A stretch of DNA of 59,187 nucleotides from an uncultured bacterium. Its GTDB lineage: Bacteria; JAGOEH01. Below, piece by piece: positions 29,479 to 38,878 of this stretch (the stretch's first letter is position 1; each line of letters begins with the position of its first letter). Both the position numbers and the translations under genes were made by a program. The notes below the pieces were generated by a model. It saw only the letters and a list, made by a program, of their open reading frames with translations. It made no database searches and was not told where the DNA came from. The stretch spans positions 62,001 through 121,187 of the forward strand of contig CAZWDO010000013.1 of the NCBI GenBank assembly GCA_964632485.1, in the 5' to 3' direction.

Positions 29479-30849
29479 ATGTTCAGTAAGAAAACCTACA
29501 AAAATCGGCGACGTGAGCTGATGAAACTGATGAAACACGGAATAGTGGTTTTTCCGGGACATTTGGAAAGTCCCAGGAATTATCGCGCGAATCCCTATTC
29601 TTTCCGTCAAAACAGCAATTTTTTATATTTTTGGGGACATTCCCTGCCGGGATTGGTGGGATTGATTGATTTGGATGACGAAAATGAGATTCTTTTTGGG
29701 GATGATTTCACGATTGACGATATTATTTGGATGGGTGATCAGCCTAAAATTCAGGAATTAGCGGAGTTTATTGGAATAAAAAAGACCGGAAGCCTGAATG
29801 AATTCAGCGAAATCATACAAAAAGCAATCGCTGAGGGGCGTCGCGTCCATTTCCTTCCTCCCTGCCGCGTGGAACAGACTTTGAGCCTGAGCCGCTGGTT
29901 AGGTATTTCCCCCAACTCTGTCGGCCATTATGTGTCCCGCGAATTGATTGAATCCGTAATTGCGCTGCGTGAAATCAAAAATAATGAAGAAATAACCGAA
30001 ATTGAGACCGCGCTCGATTATTCCTGGGCGATGTATGATCTGGTACTAAAAAACTTAAAACCCGGCATATCGGAGCAGGATTTGGTTGGAATTATGGAAG
30101 GGTATCTTCTCAACCGGGGAAGTCAGACATCATTTCCCACAATTTTGACCGTACATGGAGAAACTCTGCATAATCACGACCACTCCCATTTGTTAAAAGC
30201 GGGGCAGATGGTATTGATCGATTCAGGAGCCGAATCCCCTCGGTTTTATGCTTCGGATATTACTCGCACATTTCCGGTGGATGGACAGTTTTCCCAACAG
30301 CAGAAAGAAATTTATCAAATTGTATTGGATGCGCAGTCAGAGTCGATTCGCCAGGCTAAACCGGGAATAATGTATCGGGATGTGCATTTGGCGGCGGCAA
30401 GGGTGATGGTGGAAGGATTGAAAAATCTGGGTTTGATGCGGGGCGATAGCGAGGAAGCTGTACAAGCCGGCGCTCATGCGCTGTTTTTTCCTCACGGATT
30501 AGGCCACATGTTGGGTCTGGATGTCCATGATATGGAAGACTTGGGCGAGGATTATGTGGGCTATACTAAAAAAGTGACCCGCAGCGATCAATTCGGCCTG
30601 GCGTACTTGCGGATGGCCCGCAAACTGAAAGAAGGGTTTGTAGTGACCTGTGAGCCCGGCATCTACTTTATTCCCAAGTTGATCGATCTGTGGATGAGCG
30701 AGAAGAAATATGAGGATTATATTAATTACGAAGCGTTGGCCCCTTATTGCGATTTTGGTGGTATCCGTATCGAAGATGACCTGTTGATGACGGCAAAGGG
30801 TAATCGGGTGCTGGGCAAACCCATTCCCAAAGATTTCGGCCTCAACTGA
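29479..30849 (+). CDS. pepP: Xaa-Pro aminopeptidase (aminopeptidase P)
   Basis: AMP_N domain (FRQNSNFLY), DSG, YASDITRT, HGLGHMLGLDVHD, EPGIYF and GGIRIEDD. Confidence 0.93.
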   Translation: MFSKKTYKNRRRELMKLMKHGIVVFPGHLESPRNYRANPYSFRQNSNFLYFWGHSLPGLVGLIDLDDENEILFGDDFTIDDIIWMGDQPKIQELAEFIGIKKTGSLNEFSEIIQKAIAEGRRVHFLPPCRVEQTLSLSRWLGISPNSVGHYVSRELIESVIALREIKNNEEITEIETALDYSWAMYDLVLKNLKPGISEQDLVGIMEGYLLNRGSQTSFPTILTVHGETLHNHDHSHLLKAGQMVLIDSGAESPRFYASDITRTFPVDGQFSQQQKEIYQIVLDAQSESIRQAKPGIMYRDVHLAAARVMVEGLKNLGLMRGDSEEAVQAGAHALFFPHGLGHMLGLDVHDMEDLGEDYVGYTKKVTRSDQFGLAYLRMARKLKEGFVVTCEPGIYFIPKLIDLWMSEKKYEDYINYEALAPYCDFGGIRIEDDLLMTAKGNRVLGKPIPKDFGLN

Positions 30850-30882
30850 TACAGATAAAAACAGGCAACTATCGTTGAGTAA

Positions 30883-30911
30883 CGTCATGCGCCCGATTCA
30901 GGCGCATGACG
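30883..30911. terminator. Hairpin between convergent pepP and glgA
   Basis: CGTCATGCGCC-7nt-GGCGCATGACG perfect 11-bp stem. Confidence 0.6.
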
Positions 30912-30931
30912 AAAGTATAGCAGGCTGGATG

Positions 30932-32413
30932 TCAGGCTTTGATTTGCAGCGCGCGATAGTACTCTTTTTCATATTCTTTCGCGCTGTCTTCCCAACTGAA
31001 CCGTTTTTTCATTGCGTTTTTAACGAGCTGCTTGAAATGGTGAGGACGGTCGTACCAGGTACTGACTGCCCAACCGATAGTGAAGTAGATAGCCTGAGCG
31101 CTGGTTTCCCAGAATTTGAAACCTGTACCTTCACCGGTATTTTCATTGTATTGTTCCACGGTATCGTCCAGTCCGCCAGTGGCGCGGACAATGGGCAATG
31201 TTCCGTAGCGCAGGGAATAAATCTGGTTAAGGCCGCAGGGTTCATAGCGTGAGGGCATGATAAAAAAATCGCTTCCGGCCTCGATCAGATGCGCCAACTC
31301 ATTGGAATAACCGATATAGCTGCCGATCCGTCCTGGATAGCGCATGGGTAATTCACCAAAATAGGATTCCAGTCCTTTATGTCCCGAACCGAGAATTGCG
31401 AACTGAACCTGCATATTGAGGATTACATTTTCAACCGTGGCGGCTAAAATATCCAGTCCCTTTTGATCGGCAAACCGGCTGACGACGCCGATAATCGGCA
31501 TTTGCGGAGCAAGTTCCAGATTCATGCGTTGCTGGAGCGCTGCCTTGCATTTTTCTTTGCCTTTGAGATTGCGAATGGAAAAAGTTTGAGGTATGAATGG
31601 GTCGGTTTCCGGGTTCCATTCATCATAATCCACACCATTGAGGATGCCCCGATACCGATCGCCCTTATTGTTGAGATAGGGCGCCAGACCGTATCCGCCA
31701 TCCGGAGTCAGAGTTTCTCGGGCGTATCCGGGACTTACGGTATTGACTAATTCCGCAAACTGTATCCCGCCTTTAAGGAAATTGATGGCGCCATTATCCT
31801 CAAATTTATCCGAAATAAAATTGGCCCATTGCAGACCCAGGTAATTGTAGTGGGATGCCGGATATTTTCCCTGATAGCCAATATTGTGAATAGTCAGCAC
31901 CGAAGCGGCGCCGCCCAATATCGGGTCGTTCCAGTGCCAGATTTTGAGATAGGCGGGGGCGAGCGCTGTTTGCCAGTCGTGAGTATGGACAATATCGGGT
32001 TTGTATTCTAAACTTTTGCACAATTGCAGCGCGGCTCGCGTTAGAAAAGCGAAGCGACGGGGATTATCAGTATAATCATTAAATTCTTTGTCGTGGTAGA
32101 GCCCTTCGCGATCAAAATAAAGATTGTGCTCAACAAAATAAACCGGGATATCGTCATCCATCATGCATGTATGGATTGCGCACCATTCTTCCTGGGTACC
32201 CATCCAGATGCCAACCGGCGCCAGAGCGAGCTCAATGTTGAATTTTGACTGGGAAATAAAGGTGTAGCGCGGCATCACTACGCGGACATCATGCCCCAGG
32301 GCTTTTAAATATTTTGGCAATGCGCCGACTACATCCGCTAAACCGCCGGTTTTGGCAAAAGGTACACATTCCGGACTAATCATAAGAATGTTCAATTTTT
32401 GTTTTTTAGCCAT
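30932..32413 (-). CDS. glgA: Glycogen synthase
   Basis: KTGGLADV, HDWQT, TIHNIGYQG, SRFADQKG, PSRYEPCGLNQ and TGGLDDTV. Confidence 0.96.
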   Translation of the reverse strand: MAKKQKLNILMISPECVPFAKTGGLADVVGALPKYLKALGHDVRVVMPRYTFISQSKFNIELALAPVGIWMGTQEEWCAIHTCMMDDDIPVYFVEHNLYFDREGLYHDKEFNDYTDNPRRFAFLTRAALQLCKSLEYKPDIVHTHDWQTALAPAYLKIWHWNDPILGGAASVLTIHNIGYQGKYPASHYNYLGLQWANFISDKFEDNGAINFLKGGIQFAELVNTVSPGYARETLTPDGGYGLAPYLNNKGDRYRGILNGVDYDEWNPETDPFIPQTFSIRNLKGKEKCKAALQQRMNLELAPQMPIIGVVSRFADQKGLDILAATVENVILNMQVQFAILGSGHKGLESYFGELPMRYPGRIGSYIGYSNELAHLIEAGSDFFIMPSRYEPCGLNQIYSLRYGTLPIVRATGGLDDTVEQYNENTGEGTGFKFWETSAQAIYFTIGWAVSTWYDRPHHFKQLVKNAMKKRFSWEDSAKEYEKEYYRALQIKA

Positions 32414-32442
32414 TCAGTACTCCTTTAGCAGGGTTTGATTTT

Positions 32443-34389
32443 TTACTTTATTTTAGTCCATTGGACTGTTTTTGAATGGAACTGATCATTTAAACAGATG
32501 AAATAGGTTCCGGATGGGAGATGTTGGGTATCGATGAAAAGGGTTTGTATTCCTGGTTTCAGCAGGGGAGTGAGATTTTTAACCAAACGTCCCTCAATAT
32601 CATAGATTTTTAACCCGGCATTTAGCGACTGGTTGAGTAAATAGGGAATAATCAGCGCGCGGGTTCCGGGATTAGGGTAGGGGGAGAATAGCCGCAAAGA
32701 GGGCGTCGATTGAACACTGGGTTCAGTAATTTCAACGGCCAGGGGTTCCAGTAACGGCAAAATCAGATAACTGGCAGAGTTTCCGCCAGTCATGATTTCG
32801 ACATTAGCAATGCGCGTCGGTTGAATAGTGTCAAAAACGGCGTCTCCATTCTGCCGATTGACTTGAAAGCGGGGAGAGTTGCTGCCGCTGATATCCAGTT
32901 GCAGACGATGTCCTGGGGCAAACACATAGGCAGTAGGCCAAAGATCAATGATCAGGGTATATACGGAATCCGGTTGCAGTAGCTGTTCGCTTTCAAAACT
33001 GAGATGATACCGAGCTTTGGCAATACCATCCAGAATATTATAGACTCGTCCGTCAGGCCAGACATCGTTGAGCTTGACACATAAGTCAATATCCGGCGCA
33101 TCAGTTTGAAAACGGACAACGGTTTTTACCGAACCCGCAATTTTGATATGTCGGGTTAAAGTATCGGTGCTAAATCGCAGGATATCTGTCCGCGCCAAAA
33201 GATCACTTTGATTAACGGGCCCGGCGGAAATATTTAAATTATTACCGCCTTTGGTAGGTATAGGGTCGGTTGGATCACTTATCCAGCTCACTGACGCAGG
33301 GTTTAAATTGGCCCTTTGATTCAGGCTGCTATCCGGATTGAGATAGAGAATAAGTGAGTCGTCTTGATTGGGTGGCCAGCTTTCGGCGCTTAGCCATTGG
33401 TTACCGACCTGGTTTGAATTGGAAGGCGCTTCCATCAGGAAATAGTTGACGGGGGCATATGGGTTCATAACGGAATTATCGTTTTTCAAGGTGGCTGAAA
33501 TAAAGTCGATGAGCATGCTAAGAGCATTGAAATCGGCGATGTTGGGGAAATTGAGATCACCAATGCGAGTGGATTGCAGGGTCTCGTGATGGGTCCAGGG
33601 TCCCATCAGCAGATATTGGTGGTCGCGGCTAGAGGCCCCGGCCTGTTGCTTCATGAGCTGAAATGAACGGATGGTTCCCAGACTGAAGCAGTCATACCAG
33701 CCGCCAATATGGAGAATCGGTAAATCCAATAGAGGAATGCGGGTTTCAAAGTTATTTTCCAGCCATAATTGGTCATAAAGAGGGTGGCCGGTGACGACCG
33801 GCATCATGTGGAAGGCATTGGTGCTTTCCAGCCATCCCTGGGTTAGTTCTTCGCGGAAAGCCCCTTGCTGATAGGCTGCCTGGGCGTACAGATTGGAAGT
33901 GGCTACTAATGCGATGACTGATTTCAGATGGGGCGGTAAGGCGCCGGCTCCATGATAGGCATTGATCCCATGGGCGGAGGCGCCTAGAAGCGTGACCTTC
34001 CCATTACACCAGGATTGGGCGGCGGTCCATTCCACTGCGTCATATCCATCCTGACGGTCTCCCCAGCCGTTATCCAAGAAAACCGAATCAATTCCTTGCG
34101 AATCGCCGCGTCCTCGCGTATCTTGAACTACCATCACAATTTGTAGCAGCGTAGGTAAAATAGTGGTTATATCGACTCCGGCAAAAGTAAAGCCCTCTCG
34201 ACCATAGGGTGTGCGGATCAGAACCGCGGGCCATGAATAGCCAAAAAGCGGTTTGTAAATTTCTGTTGCCAATTGGATGCTGTCACGCATGGGACAATAC
34301 TCGGTAGAGCGTTGATAGAGTCTTTGTTCCGCGATGATATCTCCGCTCAATAGGATCAGTATCAGCAGAATGGTTGTTTTTTTTGTCAT
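32443..34389 (-). CDS. CocE/NonD-family hydrolase with a C-terminal secretion/sorting domain
   Basis: Signal peptide, RTPYG, QDTRG, GASAHG, GGWYD, GPWTH and PepX_C domain; tail PYPNP...IYDIEGRLV...SGTYF. Start at the ATG with a GGAG RBS. Confidence 0.9.
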   Translation of the reverse strand: MTKKTTILLILILLSGDIIAEQRLYQRSTEYCPMRDSIQLATEIYKPLFGYSWPAVLIRTPYGREGFTFAGVDITTILPTLLQIVMVVQDTRGRGDSQGIDSVFLDNGWGDRQDGYDAVEWTAAQSWCNGKVTLLGASAHGINAYHGAGALPPHLKSVIALVATSNLYAQAAYQQGAFREELTQGWLESTNAFHMMPVVTGHPLYDQLWLENNFETRIPLLDLPILHIGGWYDCFSLGTIRSFQLMKQQAGASSRDHQYLLMGPWTHHETLQSTRIGDLNFPNIADFNALSMLIDFISATLKNDNSVMNPYAPVNYFLMEAPSNSNQVGNQWLSAESWPPNQDDSLILYLNPDSSLNQRANLNPASVSWISDPTDPIPTKGGNNLNISAGPVNQSDLLARTDILRFSTDTLTRHIKIAGSVKTVVRFQTDAPDIDLCVKLNDVWPDGRVYNILDGIAKARYHLSFESEQLLQPDSVYTLIIDLWPTAYVFAPGHRLQLDISGSNSPRFQVNRQNGDAVFDTIQPTRIANVEIMTGGNSASYLILPLLEPLAVEITEPSVQSTPSLRLFSPYPNPGTRALIIPYLLNQSLNAGLKIYDIEGRLVKNLTPLLKPGIQTLFIDTQHLPSGTYFICLNDQFHSKTVQWTKIK

Positions 34390-34742
34390 GTAAATCTCCT
34401 TGTTTTTATCAGATGGATCTGTTTCCCGTTTTTCTATATTTTGGGCGCAATTTTGCGATTTCCAAGCAGCATTCAACTATTAGTTTTGATTAGGCGTTAT
34501 TGATTTGTTACTTCGGCGCGGGAGCTCATGTGGAGCTTCTTCAGGTGAAAAAATCCAACTGCCGGCTGATTCATTCGATTCTTAGTAAGTGGCATAAGTT
34601 TTAAGGCCATACCCAATGGATTTGAAATTTCACTGCTGCAAACGCATACCGGTGGATTAAAATGATCAGTAGAATCTGAGCATGGTTCCAGTTTTTTATT
34701 GAATCGCAGGATAATGACGCGCGAATTAATAAAATGAAATCG

Positions 34743-35759
34743 TTATTCGGTAAAAAATGTTATCCGTGTCAACCACTTTGACGGATCAGGCTCCTGGGCT
34801 GGGTCAGTGATATATTCTTCAATGACCGGCATTTTTTGCTTGAGTCCACTTTTAGCAAAAAAATAATCAGCCGCATAATAAACGCCCATGGATTGGTCGT
34901 AAGGACCCAGGTAGTCGACCTGCCATGCTTTTGTGGCAGAAATATGAAAAGTGTCCAGGCCAGTGGGTGATACCTGAATAGCAATCGGGACGGCTGCTGC
35001 CAATTCCGTGATCATAGTCTCTTCGTCGAAGGTAAAGTATAATCCACAGGGCGTACCTGTCGGGCGAATTCTCTGCTTACCTAATCCTTCATAAATCGCT
35101 CCGTATGAATTTTGGAAAAACGAGGAAAGACCGTTCATGGATAACGTGTCTCTGATAATAGCATAATTGATCTCAGGGAATTCAATCTGTTTTAATTCAT
35201 AGTTTTTCGCCAGTTTCCAGGTTTCTTCGGCGATTGTTTTAAGTTTGCTCAACCCTTTTTCGAAATCAGGCGCAATCATCGACTCCATATTGGAAAATAA
35301 TAATATTAAATTAAATGGGATATTAATATTGCCTTTAACGCCCCAGGTCACTTCGCTGACGCCGCTGCTGTCGGCAACCAGTGTATATCCGGTTGCTTTG
35401 GAGGGTCTGGGCATTTCGAAAATCAGATCATATTCCACTTGCTCATTGGGGACAATTTTAGTGATAATCATCTTGCCTTTTCCGGTAAGTTGGGGATCGC
35501 CCTGCCAGCTATACTCGGACCCGACTTGTCCATCAATTTCACTGTAATCGGTCTTCATCATCGAATCTTTTTCTGCCCAAGGCGAGCATTGATGATTTTT
35601 TTTCAGGTATTGGACATAAGTAAAAATAAATTCGCGGGGAGCGTCAATTTGAACAGTACGATGAACGTCATAGGATTTAGGACTGATCAATGCGACGATA
35701 AAAACAAGCGCAACCAGTACTAACAACACTGCCAGGATAATTTTAACGATTTTCATCAT
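34743..35759 (-). CDS. SRPBCC (polyketide cyclase-like) + GyrI-like small-molecule-binding protein
   Basis: N-terminal anchor, SRPBCC (SPW, YSWQG, DFEKGLSKLK) and GyrI-like end (YLGPYD, EEYITDP, WLTRI). Confidence 0.8.
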   Translation of the reverse strand: MMKIVKIILAVLLVLVALVFIVALISPKSYDVHRTVQIDAPREFIFTYVQYLKKNHQCSPWAEKDSMMKTDYSEIDGQVGSEYSWQGDPQLTGKGKMIITKIVPNEQVEYDLIFEMPRPSKATGYTLVADSSGVSEVTWGVKGNINIPFNLILLFSNMESMIAPDFEKGLSKLKTIAEETWKLAKNYELKQIEFPEINYAIIRDTLSMNGLSSFFQNSYGAIYEGLGKQRIRPTGTPCGLYFTFDEETMITELAAAVPIAIQVSPTGLDTFHISATKAWQVDYLGPYDQSMGVYYAADYFFAKSGLKQKMPVIEEYITDPAQEPDPSKWLTRITFFTE

Positions 35760-36293
35760 TCCTCCCTGAAGATATTAGGGTGTTTCGGTTTAAACTCAGT
35801 TGAACGATTTGTTTCAATTCAGAATACAAATACAGAGGCTCTTTTAAGGGGTGGTTACCGAAACGAGCGTTTCTGCCGGAGTTTCTACCGTATTCCAAAA
35901 GAACCTCACTTTTTTTATTTTCGCATCCTGTTGTTGAACAGATGGCTGTTATAGCAATTATCCTTCAGTTTTTCCAGGGAATTCGCTATTCTCATTCACG
36001 AAAAAATTCACAGGATCGATATTAAAAATATAAGGTAAAGTTTATATTTAAGCAAGTTTTTTTTTGTTAAATTTAATTTTTTGTTGCTCTGAACTCGTTT
36101 TTTTATTATGTTAATAAGGGATTAAATCCTGTTGGCGGTTTTCAGTCCCGAATCTGCTAACGAATTTGAACAGGTGGAGTAGAAGTCAAAAGCGAGCGTA
36201 GAAAAGCAATCGGTTCCCTGTTGGAACTGCAGAGCGGATTTATGGTATGTAGATATGGTTTTTATGATAACTTTCGAGTCGATAATTTAACAA

Positions 36294-37271
36294 GTGATCA
36301 GAGGAAAGGATAAAGTTTTGGAAAAAGCAAAGCAACCGGAATTGTTGATTGGGGGACAGGCAGTGATTGAGGGGGTGATGATGCGCGGGCCGGAATACCT
36401 GGCAACGGCTATCCGTCGGAAAGACGGCGCGATCGAAATCAAGCGCGAGTATTTTTTAAGTATTACCAAACGCATCAAATGGTTGGGCGCGCCTTTTATC
36501 AGAGGGGCTGTCTCGCTTTTTGAAGTGATGCGGATTGGCTATGGAACGTTAAATTTTTCCGCTCAGCGCGCCATGTTGGATGAGGATGAGGGCAAAGAAC
36601 GGGCGCCCTGGGTGAACAAGCTTGAGGAATGGGCGATGTTTGCGATCGCCTTGGTGGCAGCATTCGCGTTATTTGTGTATGGGCCTTATCGACTGGCCGA
36701 TTGGTTGGACCTGGGCCGGGAAAATTTTTATTTCAATTTGCTGGCCGGATTTCTTCGGATTGTGGTTTTTGTGCTTTACGTTTGGTTGATCCATTTCATG
36801 AAAGATGTCCAACGCTTGTTTGCGTATCATGGCGCAGAGCATAAAACAGTTCATGCCTATGAGCAAAAGAAAGAATTAGTTCCGTTAGAAGTCCAAAAAT
36901 TTTCAACCTTGCATCAGCGTTGTGGAACAAGTTTTATGTTTTTTGTGCTATTAATTGCCATTTTGTTTTTTTCATTGATCGATATGGTAGTGATGGTGTA
37001 TTGGGGGAAACCGGTTTTAGGAGTACGGATTTTTTATCATCTTTTATTATTGCCGGTAATTGGCGGTATTTCTTATGAGCTGTTGCGTTTTTCTGGAAAA
37101 AAAACGGATCATCCGTTGGTGCAGTTGCTCATTTTCCCAGGAATGGCCTTGCAGCGGATTACCACGCAACCCCCGGACGATAGCCAGGTGGAAATTGCGA
37201 TTGTAGCGTTGAGAGCAGCCATTGGGGACGAATTGACTGATTATCCCGGTGTTCGGTGGCTGAACAACTAA
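36294..37271 (+). CDS. DUF1385 (YqhQ-like) membrane protein
   Basis: IGGQAVIEGVMM, YHGAEHK, RCGTSF and LQRITTQPP. Confidence 0.9.
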   Translation: MIRGKDKVLEKAKQPELLIGGQAVIEGVMMRGPEYLATAIRRKDGAIEIKREYFLSITKRIKWLGAPFIRGAVSLFEVMRIGYGTLNFSAQRAMLDEDEGKERAPWVNKLEEWAMFAIALVAAFALFVYGPYRLADWLDLGRENFYFNLLAGFLRIVVFVLYVWLIHFMKDVQRLFAYHGAEHKTVHAYEQKKELVPLEVQKFSTLHQRCGTSFMFFVLLIAILFFSLIDMVVMVYWGKPVLGVRIFYHLLLLPVIGGISYELLRFSGKKTDHPLVQLLIFPGMALQRITTQPPDDSQVEIAIVALRAAIGDELTDYPGVRWLNN

Positions 37272-37325
37272 AGATGAGCAATTGGTTTTGCTATTTGTCG
37301 GCTAAACTCAGACGGGAGAATAACG

Positions 37326-38783
37326 GTGAATATTGTGGTTGTTGACGACACCCCGCAGGTACTCAATAGTTCGGCGCGTTACATTCGCCGTTTAGGCCAT
37401 CAGGTTTTTACCTGTTCCAAAGCGTCGGCGGTTTTTGAATTGTTGGACCAGCAAGCCATCCATTTAATTTTATCAGACGTTTGCATGCCTGAAATGGATG
37501 GATACGCCCTTCTTGAAGAAATTAAAAAAAATGAACGGTATCGTACCGTTATTGTCGTTCTTATGACAGGTTATGGCGATGTCCAGGGAGCCGTACGCGC
37601 GATGCGCAATGGCGCATATGAGTATTTGCTCAAACCGGTTGATGTGAATGAGTTGAAGATTTTAATCGAGCGCGTTGCGGAATATATCACGCTAAAAGAA
37701 GAAAACCAGCAGCTATCGCGTCATTTTGATGAAAAAGTCAGAGAATCGACGGCGGAACTCCAATCGCGATTGAATGATCTGCAACAGGCCCTGGCTGAAA
37801 AAGTAGGGCTGGCCGATATTGGCATTTATTCACCCGCCATGCGGCAGGTCTTTGTCATTGCGGAGAAATTTCATCGCGATCCCTCAATCCCTGTTTTGAT
37901 TGAAGGGGAAACCGGAACCGGCAAGGAAGTGATCGCGCGTTTTATCCATTATGGCTATGATATGACCCCTACTTCGTTCATTGATATCAACTGCGCGTCG
38001 ATCAGTCCGTCTCTGTTTGAAAGCGAACTTTTTGGTTATGAAGGCGGTTCGTTTACCGGGGCAAAGAGCAAAGGAGAAAAGGGTAAAATCGAAATGGCTC
38101 GCAATGGTACTCTTTTTCTGGATGAAATCAGCGAACTGCCACTGCCAATGCAGGCGAAGCTCTTGCGTGTGATACAGGAACGGGAATATTATCCGGTCGG
38201 CGGGACCAAAAAACTATCAACCAATGCGCGTTTTATCAGCGCTACTAATCGCAATATCTGGACATATTCTGAAAGCGGAGAATTCAGAAAAGACCTTTAT
38301 TTCCGGTTACAAGTCGGTCATTTAGTCATTCCTCCCCTCCGGGAACGACGGGAAGAGATCATTCCTTTAGCTAATCTTTTTTTAAAACAATTTCAAAAGC
38401 TGCGAAAAACCAGTTTTACTAAAATTTCCAATGCAGCAGCCGTGTTGCTTCAAACCCATGATTGGAGCGGGAATGTCCGTGAATTGAAAAACGCCATTGA
38501 AAAGATTACCGTGTTTTTTGAGGATGAAGCCATCGAACCGCGTCATTGCGAGTTTGTACTGCATAAACAGAGGGACGATACTTATTCTGAAAATTCTACT
38601 TTTACCCCGCTGAACCCTCAGTCCCTTCCTGATAATCAGTTCGATTTGAAAGATTGGGACCAGCGTATTGTGCAACTGGCTCTGCAAAAAAATGGATTTA
38701 ATAAGAGCCGCACTGCCCAATATTTAGGATTAACCCGTAATGAATTATATACGTACCTCAGTCGAATTGATAAAGACCGATAA
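37326..38783 (+). CDS. Sigma54-dependent response regulator (NtrC family), paralog of 3135..4604
   Basis: REC, GETGTGKE, ESELFGYEGGSFTGA, LFLDEISE, WSGNVREL and HTH. Confidence 0.95.
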   Translation: MNIVVVDDTPQVLNSSARYIRRLGHQVFTCSKASAVFELLDQQAIHLILSDVCMPEMDGYALLEEIKKNERYRTVIVVLMTGYGDVQGAVRAMRNGAYEYLLKPVDVNELKILIERVAEYITLKEENQQLSRHFDEKVRESTAELQSRLNDLQQALAEKVGLADIGIYSPAMRQVFVIAEKFHRDPSIPVLIEGETGTGKEVIARFIHYGYDMTPTSFIDINCASISPSLFESELFGYEGGSFTGAKSKGEKGKIEMARNGTLFLDEISELPLPMQAKLLRVIQEREYYPVGGTKKLSTNARFISATNRNIWTYSESGEFRKDLYFRLQVGHLVIPPLRERREEIIPLANLFLKQFQKLRKTSFTKISNAAAVLLQTHDWSGNVRELKNAIEKITVFFEDEAIEPRHCEFVLHKQRDDTYSENSTFTPLNPQSLPDNQFDLKDWDQRIVQLALQKNGFNKSRTAQYLGLTRNELYTYLSRIDKDR

Positions 38784-38878
38784 TGGTTTCTTCCTAAAGC
38801 TCCCGATAAATCTGACTGATGGGCCAACGCGGCTGAAAATGCGTGAATGAAACCCGGGAAATAAGAAACCCCGTTTTC

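Noticed and set aside
35860-35910. Purine riboswitch (GTTTCTACC core)
   Set aside because: The UAUAAU/GAUAUGG and CCGUAAA loops and the P1 stem are missing, and no purine gene follows.
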